Shown one piece after another: positions 1 to 9,120 of a stretch of DNA of 32,000 nucleotides. The DNA is from Synechococcus sp. A15-28 (GTDB lineage: Bacteria > Cyanobacteriota > Cyanobacteriia > PCC-6307 > Cyanobiaceae). The notes beneath the pieces were generated by a model. It had not been told where the DNA came from, did not search any database, and saw nothing but the letters and a program-made list of their open reading frames with translations. Both the position numbers and the translations under genes were made by a program. Within the stretch, counting starts at the first letter, position 1. Every line of letters begins with the position of its first letter. Location: positions 1,050,001 through 1,082,000 of the forward strand of contig NZ_CP047931.1 in assembly GCF_014280175.1 (NCBI RefSeq), in the 5' to 3' direction.

Positions 1-20
1 GCATGGCGCCCAGTTGAGGC

Positions 21-203
21 TCAGGGGGTATCCAGGTCGCAACGATTCAATTCCGGCTGGGTGAGGCGATCGATGATGCGGGCCATGTCGATCGAGGTGA
101 GTTCGCCGTTGTCGTCCCACTTGAGCGTGGTCTTCCGCTGAGCGGGAGGCTGTTGCGTCGTGGACTGTCCAGCTGTTTGCTCGAAGGAACGATCGGCCAC
201 CAC
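21..203 (-). CDS. small hypothetical protein (60 aa)
   Basis: Open frame MVADRSFEQTAGQ...KTTLKWDDNGELTSIDMARIIDRLTQPELNRCDLDTP. It is codirectional with the downstream operon and has no strong competing frame. The start is uncertain. Confidence 0.4.
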   Translation of the reverse strand: MVADRSFEQTAGQSTTQQPPAQRKTTLKWDDNGELTSIDMARIIDRLTQPELNRCDLDTP

Positions 204-250
204 ATCCGAAGGTCAGGGTTCGGAGATATTAGTGGCCAAGTTGGCCGCCA

Positions 251-922
251 TTACCCACGAAGCGGCGTTGTTGTGGTAAGTGGCAACAATCCTGCCCAGG
301 TCTGCAGGGCGCTCCAGGTGCTGATGCGCTGCTGGATGAAGTGGTGCCCCTCGCCGTTGAGATGCAGGCCATCGGGTTCCATCCAGCTCAGCCAGTCGGG
401 TTCTTCTCGCATGGACCGATGCAGTGGGAGGAACGGGATGCCGGCATCGCGACAGGTTTCAGCCAGCATCGCTTCGTGGGCCTCCACGTCCAGATTGCTG
501 TACCAGAGGCAGTCGGCAAAGGGCATGACGTGCTCATCCACGGGTGTGAGGCCAATCACCAGGACCTGGGTCAGCGGTTTCATTTCACTGAGCAGCTGTC
601 CCATGCCGAATCCATAGGCCTCGGTGGTCAGTTGCTGGCGGCCATCCGGCCGGCCCACCCGTGCCGTGTCGTTCAATCCGACTGCCAGCAGCACACCGTC
701 CGGTGTCTGCCGCCGCAGCTCGCCGCGACATTGCCACTCCCCCCGCCAGCGGGCGGCCACCCGTTCCAATCCATCGCCGCGGATGCCCAGGGGATAGATC
801 ACCGGGGCCGCCGGCAACTGCATCCACTCCAAGCGCAGGCGTTCGCACCAGCCCCCGGCCTCACGATCTCCCCAGCCATACACGCCGCTGTCGCCGATCA
901 CCAGCAGCTGTTTGGGTTTCAT
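251..922 (-). CDS. SGNH/GDSL-type esterase/lipase family protein
   Basis: N-terminal GDS block (VIGDSGVYGWGD), a later GLND block, and a C-terminal DGLHLNGEGHH block (Asp-His pair), as in SGNH hydrolases. The start codon overlaps the stop of the upstream permease (919-922). Confidence 0.85.
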   Translation of the reverse strand: MKPKQLLVIGDSGVYGWGDREAGGWCERLRLEWMQLPAAPVIYPLGIRGDGLERVAARWRGEWQCRGELRRQTPDGVLLAVGLNDTARVGRPDGRQQLTTEAYGFGMGQLLSEMKPLTQVLVIGLTPVDEHVMPFADCLWYSNLDVEAHEAMLAETCRDAGIPFLPLHRSMREEPDWLSWMEPDGLHLNGEGHHFIQQRISTWSALQTWAGLLPLTTTTPLRG

Positions 923-2427
923 GCCCTCTCCTGAAGCTGTTCAGAGGCCAGCTCCCCGAGGAGCGTCAGAACGGCGTACACCAGGATCAACCATCCCACC
1001 TGCGGCCAGTGAAAGGAGGACAGGGCCTCCATCAGCTGCCAGCCCAGACCGGCACCACCCACCAGACCGACCACCGCTGTATCCCGAAGAATCACATCAC
1101 TGCGGTAGGCGGCGTAGGCGAGATAGCGCCGGCTCGCTGGCGTGAGCACCCCGAACAGCCAGGCGGAGCGCCGTGGCGCGCCGAGGGCAACCATGGCCTG
1201 CTGGTGGCGGCCATCCACCCGCTCGAGTCCGTCCTCGAGCACCAGTCCCATCACGCCGCTGTGATGCAGCCCCAAAGCGAGCGCCGCCACAGCAAGGGTC
1301 GGCTTGCTGGCCAGCATCAACAACAGCGCCGTCAACGGTGGAGGCAACAATCGCATCAGCAGCCAACCAGCCTTCAGCATCCGTCCAGCACCATCATCGG
1401 GGGCGATCAACCGCAGCAACGGCGGCAGGCCGATGGCCACCCCGGAGGCGAGCACTGTGATCAGGAGCGTTCCGCCGACCAGCTCCAGCCACGGCGTCTC
1501 GACCCATGCCTGCGTGAGACCGTCTCGCAACTGAGCCCATGGAGGCCATGGGGCCCCCTGGATCCATCGGGGCAGAGAGAGGTCGTGGTTCAGTCTGTGG
1601 CTCCAGAGGAGAGTGACCAGCGGCAGCGCCAGGGTCAGCAGCAACAGGCCATGACGGGCGGAGAGCCGTCGGATCACCAGATTCATCAACGCCAGCAGCA
1701 GGGCCATCAACCACAAGCCGCTCCACAGTTCACGAAAGCGCAGGGACTGCAGGCTCAGCATCAGCTCGGTCCCCAACCCCCCCAGGCCGAAAATCCCGAG
1801 CAGCAGGGCAGATCGCAGGGCGCAGTCGAGACGGTGGCCGATGTGATCGCGCAGTGCAGCGGCCACGGGGGGCATGAGGCTGGTGAACAGATTGATCACC
1901 GCGGGGACGCCAGCGCATCGCAGGGCGATGAGCGCGGGCAGTTCCTGCTGGTCCAGCTGATCTGCCAAAACGCGGGCCAGCACAGCCGAGTAGGGCAGAA
2001 CAATCGCCAGGACAGCCACCCATCCGTTCAGGCCGAACAGCTGAAGCAGGAGCAGGCCCCAGATCAGTTCATGGATCGATCGCAGTGGTGCCAGACAACG
2101 ACGCAGCACCACCGCCGGCCAGCGCCGTCCGGTCAGGGTGGAACAGATCGTCGTCGAACTGAGAACCCCCAGCAGCAGCCCCGCAAGGCTGCTGAGGCTC
2201 CAGGCCAGGAGCGCCGTCAGAGCGGTGATCTGCAGTTCTGCAAGCTGATGCTTCAGCAGGGTTGGATCCAGGGAGGGTTGAAGGGCTGCCAGCCAGAACC
2301 GACCGATCTGTTCCACTCCACCGCCGTGGAGATCACGCAACAGCACGATCCCCAGAGGCAGCACCACCAGTGCTGGAGCCAGGGCCACGAGCACTGGTGC
2401 CGGCTTCAGCCTTCGCTGTAGAGCCAT
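919..2427 (-). CDS. PhnE-like ABC transporter permease, two permease domains fused (502 aa)
   Basis: Long hydrophobic protein with two BPD-permease-like halves (RCAGVPAVINLFTSLMPPV... and VALGAPRRSAWLFGVLTPASRRYLAYAAYRSDVILRDTAVVGLVGGAGLG). It sits directly downstream of the ATPase and binding-protein genes. Confidence 0.85.
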   Translation of the reverse strand: MALQRRLKPAPVLVALAPALVVLPLGIVLLRDLHGGGVEQIGRFWLAALQPSLDPTLLKHQLAELQITALTALLAWSLSSLAGLLLGVLSSTTICSTLTGRRWPAVVLRRCLAPLRSIHELIWGLLLLQLFGLNGWVAVLAIVLPYSAVLARVLADQLDQQELPALIALRCAGVPAVINLFTSLMPPVAAALRDHIGHRLDCALRSALLLGIFGLGGLGTELMLSLQSLRFRELWSGLWLMALLLALMNLVIRRLSARHGLLLLTLALPLVTLLWSHRLNHDLSLPRWIQGAPWPPWAQLRDGLTQAWVETPWLELVGGTLLITVLASGVAIGLPPLLRLIAPDDGAGRMLKAGWLLMRLLPPPLTALLLMLASKPTLAVAALALGLHHSGVMGLVLEDGLERVDGRHQQAMVALGAPRRSAWLFGVLTPASRRYLAYAAYRSDVILRDTAVVGLVGGAGLGWQLMEALSSFHWPQVGWLILVYAVLTLLGELASEQLQERA

Positions 2428-3107
2428 GCCAGGGTTGCTTCGGTGATGGCTGAGGGCGCTGCATCCAAGACCAGTTCACCCTGACGCAGCCCCAGCACTC
2501 GCTGGAACCGATGCATCAGATCGGGTCGGTGCAGGCTGATCACACAGGACGACTGATCCAGCAGCAGGTTGAGGACGTCGTTCGCCAGGCGTGGGTCAAG
2601 GGCGGACAACGGCTCATCAGCCAGGGTCAGCATCGGTTGCTGACGCAACAGCCGGGCCAGGGCCACCCGCTGGCGCTCGCCTCCTGAAAGGCCGGACACC
2701 CGTTGATCACGGAGCCCGTTGCTGAGTCCCACCTGGTGCAGGAGGACGTCCCCCAGCTCCGGCTCCAGCGGCTGCAACAGGTTGCGTAAACCCCAGAGGA
2801 GCGAATGGCGGCCCAGGGCCCCGGTGTTGATGTTCTGAAGCACGGTCAGTTCCTCCACAAGCCTGAGGTCCTGCCAGAGGGTTCCGATCTGCCGTCGCTG
2901 GGCTGGTCGACAACGGTTCAGGTCGTGCCCCTGCCAGAGAACGCTGCCCTCATCGGGCAGGAGGCTTCCGTTGCAGAGGCCGATTAGGCTGGATTTGCCT
3001 GCCCCGCTCCGCCCCAGCAGAACGGTGGTCTCCCCCAGCCGGATCGTGAGGTCGAGGGGTTGGAGCCGACCGGTCAGTCCAGCCCGGCGGAGCTCCAGTA
3101 CCGCCAT
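2406..3107 (-). CDS. PhnC-like ABC transporter ATP-binding protein
   Basis: Walker A GRSGAGKSS, signature LSGGERQR, Walker B-like LTLADEP, and a late His (SLHRPD). Confidence 0.93.
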   Translation of the reverse strand: MAVLELRRAGLTGRLQPLDLTIRLGETTVLLGRSGAGKSSLIGLCNGSLLPDEGSVLWQGHDLNRCRPAQRRQIGTLWQDLRLVEELTVLQNINTGALGRHSLLWGLRNLLQPLEPELGDVLLHQVGLSNGLRDQRVSGLSGGERQRVALARLLRQQPMLTLADEPLSALDPRLANDVLNLLLDQSSCVISLHRPDLMHRFQRVLGLRQGELVLDAAPSAITEATLAWLYSEG

Positions 3108-4000
3108 CAGCGGACCTTGCCCAGTTGACGCCCCACCGCTTCGATCTTGTTGTAGTCCTCGTTCTGGGCGGGGATGAAGCTCTCAGCGCCGAACAGGTCC
3201 AGAACCAACGCTCCCCGTTCCGTTGAGGGAGTCAAGGACAGAAGAGCCTTCTGCACGCGATCGGTGAATCCTTCCCCGAAGCGCTCATCCAGATCGGGCC
3301 GAGCCACCCAGTGGTAGTCCACATAGGGAGGAGTTCGCCAGATCACCGCCACTTTGGAGGGATCGACGCGGCCCTCATCGACATTGCTGCGCCAGACCTG
3401 TTCATTAAGAGCGCCCACTTCATAGGCGCCGCTCTGGACCACAGCGATCGTGGCGTCGTGGCTGCCGCTGAAACCGGGTCCACCCCCTGCGAGATCCCCC
3501 ATGGTGACTCCGTTCTCTCCGAGGAAGTACTGGGGCATCAGCCGTCCGGAGGTGGAACTTTCCGAGCCGAAGGCCAGACGGCGACCCTTCAACTGAACCA
3601 ATTGATCGGCACTGGTGATGGGCCGGAGTCCGCTGGCGCCGTTGGCGATGAACACACTGGTGAATTTGGCGTCGATGTCCCGTTGGGCCAGCACCCTGGC
3701 CCCGGGCGTCTGCAGACGGGCCTGAACACCGGTCAGGCCACCGAACCAGACCAGATCAAGACTGCCGCTGCGGAATGCGCTGACAGCAGCCGCGTAGTTA
3801 CTGACAGGGACGTACCGGACGTCGACATCCAGGGATTCACTCAGTTCATCCGAGAGGGATCCGTACAACCGATTCAACTTCTCGGGGTTCTGATCCGGGA
3901 TGGCACCGATCTTCAGAACCGGGTCATTCGTCGATGGTGCACCGCTGCAGCCCGCCAAGGACATCGCAAAGGCTAAGCCGGTGGTGAGTCCGGTCGCCAT
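3107..4000 (-). CDS. PhnD-like substrate-binding lipoprotein (putative selenate/phosphonate/phosphite-type ABC transporter)
   Basis: Signal peptide with lipobox LAGCSG, then KIGAIPDQNPEKLNRLYGSLSDELSESLDVDVRYVPVSNYAAAVSAFRSGSLDLVWFGGLTGVQAR, typical of the PhnD-like periplasmic-binding family. The ORF track extends to 4027; the ATG at 4000 gives a cleaner signal peptide. Confidence 0.85.
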   Translation of the reverse strand: MATGLTTGLAFAMSLAGCSGAPSTNDPVLKIGAIPDQNPEKLNRLYGSLSDELSESLDVDVRYVPVSNYAAAVSAFRSGSLDLVWFGGLTGVQARLQTPGARVLAQRDIDAKFTSVFIANGASGLRPITSADQLVQLKGRRLAFGSESSTSGRLMPQYFLGENGVTMGDLAGGGPGFSGSHDATIAVVQSGAYEVGALNEQVWRSNVDEGRVDPSKVAVIWRTPPYVDYHWVARPDLDERFGEGFTDRVQKALLSLTPSTERGALVLDLFGAESFIPAQNEDYNKIEAVGRQLGKVR

Positions 4001-4053
4001 CACGACCGGTCGTTGTCGTCCTGGCATCAGGTCAAACGTCGAACAAAACGATC

Positions 4054-5256
4054 TCAGCTGTTCTCCAGCAGTTGGCTCAGTCGCGACAAGCCATCTTTGA
4101 TCGTCTCACGCGAGACGGCACAGGACAGACGAATGCAGCGGTCGTTTCCGAAGGCCAGACCGGGGACGACGGCAAGGCCTGCCCGATCCAGGGCCTGACG
4201 ACAGAAGTCCATTGATCCGCCAACCGATTCCGGGAGCTGAGGGAAAGCGTAAAAAGCACCTTTGGGCTCCACAAGCGTGATTCCCTCAATCGCCTGCAGT
4301 CCCTCGGTGAGCAGCAGCCGGCGTCGGTTGTAGCTCTCCGCCATCGCATCGACGCAATCCCGCGGGCCCTGAATGGCCGCAAGAGCCCCTCGCTGGGCAA
4401 AGCTGCAGACATTGCTGGTGCTCTGACTCTGCAGAGCAGCGGCAGCCTTGATCACCTCCTGGTGTCCGGCGAGGTAGCCAAGCCGCCAGCCGGTCATCGC
4501 CCAGCCTTTGGCAAAGCCGTTGACGGTGAAACATCGATCGGCCAGATCCGAGGCGATGGCCGCAAAGCTGTGGTGATGTTCACCCTCCGCCAGCAGGAAT
4601 TCATAGATCTCGTCACTTATCACCAGCAGCTGGGGATGGCGACGCACCAGTTCCGCCACGGCCTCGAGCTCCTGGCGTGGCATCACGCGACCGGTGGGAT
4701 TCCCGGGGGTGTTCAGCACCAGCAGGCGGCTGCGCGGACTGATCGCCGCCTCCAGTGCATCCAGATCGAGCCGGAAGCCCTCCTCGGCCTGGCTGGGGAT
4801 CAGCTTGACCTCAGCACCGGCCAGGGCGGCCATCTCCGGATAGCTCAGCCAGTACGGCGCTGGTAGAAGCACCTCATCACCAGGATTCAGCAGCACCTGA
4901 AACAGGTTGTAGATCGCCTGCTTGCCGCCGTTGGTGATCAGAACCTGCTCGCTGCTAATGGCGATGCCATTGGTCCTGGACAGCTTCTCCGCTATGGCTG
5001 CCCGGAGCTCGGGGTCGCCAGCGGCTGGTCCGTAGCGCGTGATGCCATCACGCAGGGCTTGTCGGGTGGCCTCGACGATGAAATCCGGCGTGTCGAAATC
5101 AGGCTCACCCGCACTGAGGCTGCAGATGTCACGCCCGGCACGCTGCAGTGCCTTCGCCTGGGCGCCGATGGCTAGCGTCAGGGAGGGCTTGAGGGCCACG
5201 GCCCGTGCGGACAGTTCTGGAGGGCGTGGCATCGGCAACGCACCTCCCCGCGGCAC
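4054..5256 (-). CDS. pyridoxal-phosphate-dependent aminotransferase, aspartate aminotransferase-like (class I)
   Basis: SAGEPDFDTPDFI, YGPAAGDPELRAAIAEKL, LNTPGNPTG, ISDEIYEFL, GFAKGWAMTGWRLGYLAG (PLP Lys region) and CIRLSCAVS. The true start is probably the internal Met at about 5232 (MPRPPELSARAVALKPS). Confidence 0.93.
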   Translation of the reverse strand: MPRGGALPMPRPPELSARAVALKPSLTLAIGAQAKALQRAGRDICSLSAGEPDFDTPDFIVEATRQALRDGITRYGPAAGDPELRAAIAEKLSRTNGIAISSEQVLITNGGKQAIYNLFQVLLNPGDEVLLPAPYWLSYPEMAALAGAEVKLIPSQAEEGFRLDLDALEAAISPRSRLLVLNTPGNPTGRVMPRQELEAVAELVRRHPQLLVISDEIYEFLLAEGEHHHSFAAIASDLADRCFTVNGFAKGWAMTGWRLGYLAGHQEVIKAAAALQSQSTSNVCSFAQRGALAAIQGPRDCVDAMAESYNRRRLLLTEGLQAIEGITLVEPKGAFYAFPQLPESVGGSMDFCRQALDRAGLAVVPGLAFGNDRCIRLSCAVSRETIKDGLSRLSQLLENS

Positions 5257-5316
5257 GCGTAAAGATCACATCCTGCCTCACGTGGTGTCCCAGACAACCT
5301 TGTGTGTTCCCTTGTC

Positions 5317-5712
5317 ATGAGCTCCATCAACCTGAGCTGGGTGCTGGCTGCTGAGGATCCGCAGCGGTTGGCCCGCTTTTATGCCGCCTTGCTGGGGTGC
5401 CCCCAGCGGGATGGCTTCTCCCCCTCCCACTGCATCGTTGATCTAGGTGGAGCAGGGCGTCTGGAGATCTACAGGCCGTCCCGGAACCGCCCGTTTCCCC
5501 AGCGCGGACGCGCGGTGGCTCCCTGCCTGCGCCTGCCGCCGATGGATGGCCCCCTGGAGGCTCTGCAGCAACAGTTGCCCACCTGGCTGGCCCTGGGGGC
5601 GTCGTTGATGGAACCAGCTCGGCAGGAGCCCTTCGGTGCCGAGGTCTGGCTGGCTGATCCCGAGGGCAATCCGGTGCTCATGGTGCAACCCTTCCCCCGT
5701 GCGTCCACCTGA
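5317..5712 (+). CDS. VOC family (glyoxalase/bleomycin-resistance-like) protein
   Basis: ORF with N-terminal WVLAAEDPQRLARFYAALLG and C-terminal GAEVWLADPEGNPVLMVQP, typical of VOC folds. The ATG at 5317 is preferred over the track start at 5302. Confidence 0.78.
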   Translation: MSSINLSWVLAAEDPQRLARFYAALLGCPQRDGFSPSHCIVDLGGAGRLEIYRPSRNRPFPQRGRAVAPCLRLPPMDGPLEALQQQLPTWLALGASLMEPARQEPFGAEVWLADPEGNPVLMVQPFPRAST

Positions 5713-5717
5713 AATCG

Positions 5718-6275
5718 ATGTTGGAGCTGCATGACTGTGAGCAATGCACCGCCTGTGATCTGGCGCTGACACGTCAACGGGTGGTGATCAGTCGCGGTGC
5801 CGCTTCAGCGCGTCTGATGCTGATCGGAGAGGCCCCCGGTGCCCGGGAGGATGCCTTGGGTCAGCCCTTTGTCGGACGATCTGGCCAGCTGCTGGATCGC
5901 CTGTTGCTGGAGGTGGGCCTGAACCCGGAGAAGGATCTGTACATCTGCAATGTAGTGAAGTGTCGTCCTCCCCAGAACCGCCGACCGAAACGCGGGGAAT
6001 TGACGGCCTGCAGACCCTGGCTGGATCGGCAGATCGACCTGGTGGATCCCGCGGTGATCGTTCTGTTGGGGGCCACGGCCGTGGACAGCCTGCTGGGCAT
6101 CAAAACTGGAATGACCCAGCTCAGAGGTCAGTGGCTCAGCTGGAATGGACGGTCGGTGATGCCGATCTTTCACCCGTCGTATCTGTTGCGCAATCCATCC
6201 ACGGCGGCCGATGCCCCCACGGCGTTGACCCGGGCCGATCTCACCGCAGTGCAGCAGCGACTGTGCGAACGTTGA
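5718..6275 (+). CDS. uracil-DNA glycosylase, type 4 / family 4-5 like
   Basis: Four-Cys Fe-S-type pattern (CEQCTAC ... C), motif [36 protein letters not shown], and HPSYLLRNP. Confidence 0.9.
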   Translation: MLELHDCEQCTACDLALTRQRVVISRGAASARLMLIGEAPGAREDALGQPFVGRSGQLLDRLLLEVGLNPEKDLYICNVVKCRPPQNRRPKRGELTACRPWLDRQIDLVDPAVIVLLGATAVDSLLGIKTGMTQLRGQWLSWNGRSVMPIFHPSYLLRNPSTAADAPTALTRADLTAVQQRLCER

Positions 6276-6297
6276 CGCGCTTTCGGCCTGGCCCGCC

Positions 6298-7494
6298 ATG
6301 ACAGCCCTGGATCGGCGTTACGACACCCAGATCCATCGACGCATGACTCGCACCGTGATGGTGGGTGATGTCGCGATCGGCAGTGACCACCCCGTGGTGG
6401 TGCAGTCGATGATCAATGAGGACACACTCGACATCGATGCGGCAGTCGCAGGCATCGTCCGCCTTGCGGAGGCTGGCAGTGAAATCGTGCGTGTCACCAC
6501 GCCGTCGATGGCCCACGCCCGGGCGATGGGGGAGATCCGTGCTGCGGTCCGTGCCCGTGGATGCACGGTGCCGTTGGTGGCCGATGTCCATCACAACGGC
6601 GTCAAGATCGCCATGGAGGTGGCTCAGCACGTCGACAAGGTCCGCATCAACCCGGGCCTGTTCGTCTTCGACAAGCCGGACCCCAACCGAGAGGAGTTTT
6701 CCGAACAGGAATTCGCGGCCATCGGTGCGCGGATCCGCGAAACGTTCGCACCGCTGGTCACCCTGTTGAGGGATCAGAACAAGGCTCTGCGCATCGGGGT
6801 GAACCATGGCTCCCTGGCGGAGCGAATGCTGTTCACCTACGGCGACACCCCCAAGGGCATGGTCGAGTCGGCCATGGAATTCGTGCGCATCTGCGATGAG
6901 CTCGACTTCCACAACATCGTGATTTCGATGAAGGCGTCGAGGGCGCCGGTGATGTTGGCGGCCTACCGCCTGATGGCGGACACCATGGACAAAGAGGGAT
7001 TCAACTACCCCCTGCATCTCGGTGTGACCGAAGCCGGTGACGGCGATTACGGCCGCGTCAAGAGCACGGCGGGAATTGCGACGTTGCTGGCCGATGGACT
7101 TGGCGACACCATCCGGGTGTCCCTAACCGAGGCGCCGGAACGGGAAATCCCCGTCTGTTACTCGATTCTTCAATCCCTTGGTCTGCGCAAGACCATGGTT
7201 GAGTACGTGGCCTGCCCCAGCTGCGGCCGCACCTTGTTCAATCTCGAAGAGGTGCTGCATAAGGTCCGGGAAGCCACGTCCCATCTCACGGGACTGGACA
7301 TCGCCGTTATGGGCTGCATCGTCAACGGCCCAGGTGAGATGGCAGATGCGGACTATGGCTATGTCGGCAAGACACCGGGTGTGATTTCGCTGTACCGGGG
7401 TCGCGACGAGATCCGCAAGGTGCCCGAGGAGGACGGCGTCACGGCTTTGATCCAGTTGATCAAGGAGGACGGGCGTTGGGTGGAGCCGGACTGA
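6298..7494 (+). CDS. ispG: 4-hydroxy-3-methylbut-2-enyl diphosphate synthase (GcpE/IspG)
   Basis: [47 protein letters not shown], and C-terminal [14 protein letters not shown]...[23 protein letters not shown]. Confidence 0.98.
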   Translation: MTALDRRYDTQIHRRMTRTVMVGDVAIGSDHPVVVQSMINEDTLDIDAAVAGIVRLAEAGSEIVRVTTPSMAHARAMGEIRAAVRARGCTVPLVADVHHNGVKIAMEVAQHVDKVRINPGLFVFDKPDPNREEFSEQEFAAIGARIRETFAPLVTLLRDQNKALRIGVNHGSLAERMLFTYGDTPKGMVESAMEFVRICDELDFHNIVISMKASRAPVMLAAYRLMADTMDKEGFNYPLHLGVTEAGDGDYGRVKSTAGIATLLADGLGDTIRVSLTEAPEREIPVCYSILQSLGLRKTMVEYVACPSCGRTLFNLEEVLHKVREATSHLTGLDIAVMGCIVNGPGEMADADYGYVGKTPGVISLYRGRDEIRKVPEEDGVTALIQLIKEDGRWVEPD

Positions 7495-7529
7495 GCTCGT
7501 TAGTGTGAACAATCAGTCGCCCAGGGCCC

Positions 7530-8864
7530 ATGCCTAGCGCCAATCGTCTGCGCGGGGTCCTCCGTTCTGGACCCCTCCTGTTGATGCTGGGGCTGGGCGG
7601 TATGGCCGTCTCGATGGCAGGACCAAGCCTTGGGCTGACGGGGGCTAGCGGAGGCGCGATCAGCGATAGCCCCAAGGAGGTCATCGATCAGGTCTGGCAG
7701 ATCGTCTATCGGGATTACCTCGATTCCACCGGTGCCTACAGCGATGCTCGCTGGCGCCAGCTTCGAAGGGATCTGCTGACCAAGTCCTACGCCGGAGAGG
7801 AGGAGTCATATGAGGCGATCAAGGGGATGTTGGCCAGCCTCGATGATCCCTACACACGTTTCCTGGATCCCAAGGAATTCAAGGAGATGCGGATCGACAC
7901 CTCCGGTGAGTTGATGGGGGTCGGCATCCAGCTGAGTCTGGACAAGGACACCAAAGAGCTGATTGTTGTTTCACCGATTGAGGGGACGCCGGCATCCCGC
8001 GCTGGCGTCCAGTCGCAGGACGTGATCGTCAGCATTGACGGGGCTCCGACCAAGGGCATGACCACCGCAGATGCCGTGAAGCTCATCCGTGGACCTGAAG
8101 GGACCAGTGTGGTTCTTGGTTTGCGTCGCAAAGGGGAGATTCTCAACGTTCCTTTGACCCGGGCTCGGATCGAGATCAATGCGGTGAAATCCGCTCTGAA
8201 CACCGCAGCCAATGGCAGCAGGATCGGCTACATCCGCCTGAAACAGTTCAATGCCAATGCATCCCGTGAGATGCGTGCCGCCATTCAGGATCTAGAGGGC
8301 CAGGGCGCTCAGGGGTATGTCCTCGATCTGCGCAGTAACCCGGGCGGTCTTTTGGAGGCCAGTATTGATATCGCCCGACAGTGGCTGAACAAGGGAACGA
8401 TCGTCAGCACACGAACCCGGGAAGGCATTCGGGATATACGCCGTGCCACCGGCAGTGCCATCACCGACAAGCCGATGGTGGTGCTGATCGATCAGGGTTC
8501 AGCCAGCGCCAGCGAAATTCTTTCGGGTGCGTTGCAGGAGAACGAGCGCGCTCAGCTTGTTGGACAGAAAACCTTCGGGAAAGGCCTTGTTCAGGCCGTT
8601 CGTGGATTGTCCGACGGCTCAGGAATGACCGTGACCATCGCCAAGTATCTGACCCCCAACGGGACAGATATCCACAAAAACGGCATCCAACCGGACATCA
8701 GCGCAGAGATGTCTGAAAAGGAAATTCGTAATTTCAAGATCGAAGATCTTGGAACCTCAAGAGATAGTCAATATCGTGTCGCTGAAACCACACTGACCAA
8801 AGCCCTGAAAGAGGTGAATCAGGTCTATCAACCTGGGAACGCCAATCTTCAAGCCGTGTTCTGA
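7530..8864 (+). CDS. carboxyl-terminal processing peptidase (S41 family, PDZ domain)
   Basis: N-terminal hydrophobic signal, DDPYTRFLDP, PDZ region, YIRLKQFNANASREMRAAI, DLRSNPGG, GSASASEILSGALQENERAQLVG(E)KTFGKG catalytic Ser/Lys region. Confidence 0.96.
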   Translation: MPSANRLRGVLRSGPLLLMLGLGGMAVSMAGPSLGLTGASGGAISDSPKEVIDQVWQIVYRDYLDSTGAYSDARWRQLRRDLLTKSYAGEEESYEAIKGMLASLDDPYTRFLDPKEFKEMRIDTSGELMGVGIQLSLDKDTKELIVVSPIEGTPASRAGVQSQDVIVSIDGAPTKGMTTADAVKLIRGPEGTSVVLGLRRKGEILNVPLTRARIEINAVKSALNTAANGSRIGYIRLKQFNANASREMRAAIQDLEGQGAQGYVLDLRSNPGGLLEASIDIARQWLNKGTIVSTRTREGIRDIRRATGSAITDKPMVVLIDQGSASASEILSGALQENERAQLVGQKTFGKGLVQAVRGLSDGSGMTVTIAKYLTPNGTDIHKNGIQPDISAEMSEKEIRNFKIEDLGTSRDSQYRVAETTLTKALKEVNQVYQPGNANLQAVF

Positions 8865-8877
8865 AGTGCTGGTGAGC

Positions 8878-9066
8878 TCAGGCCACGGGCTGCATCAAGC
8901 CACCGCCTCCACCACCATTGGAATCATCATCATCAGACGTGGGTTGGAGCAGGGCGTACAACCCAAGAGCAGCAGTGCACATCAAGCCACTGATCAGCTG
9001 CAGAGGGAATCCACCCACGTTGAGATCAATGAGTTCTCCCATGGCGCTCCAATTCGTTGGGATCAA
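8878..9066 (-). CDS. small single-TM hypothetical protein with acidic/glycine-rich tail
   Basis: ORF MIPTNWSAMGELIDLNVGGFPLQLISGLMCTAALGLYALLQPTSDDDDSNGGGGGGLMQPVA: one TM segment, DDDD and GGGGGG tail. Codirectional with mfd. The start may be the internal Met at 9042. Confidence 0.6.
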   Translation of the reverse strand: MIPTNWSAMGELIDLNVGGFPLQLISGLMCTAALGLYALLQPTSDDDDSNGGGGGGLMQPVA

Positions 9067-9120
9067 TGTAACGAAGAATTGCGCGGCTGTGGAAGTTTTC
9101 TCAGAAATGCGAGTACGCCG

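Noticed and set aside
661-2421. 586 aa plus-strand ORF antisense to the SGNH hydrolase and permease
   Set aside because: Shadow ORF in GC-rich DNA: Gln/His/Pro/Arg-rich with no domains, and it fully overlaps two clearly coding genes on the other strand.
3311-3976. 221 aa plus-strand ORF antisense to the binding-protein gene
   Set aside because: No recognisable motif and opposite to a well-supported PhnD-like CDS.
919-4000. Considered calling this a phosphonate or phosphite utilisation cluster (phn/ptx)
   Set aside because: Only the three-component transporter is present. There is no C-P lyase, phosphonatase or ptxD in the window, so substrate and phn gene symbols are not justified.
6241-7017. 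258 aa minus-strand ORF antisense to ispG
   Set aside because: His/Asp/Arg-rich shadow translation opposite a highly conserved ispG frame.
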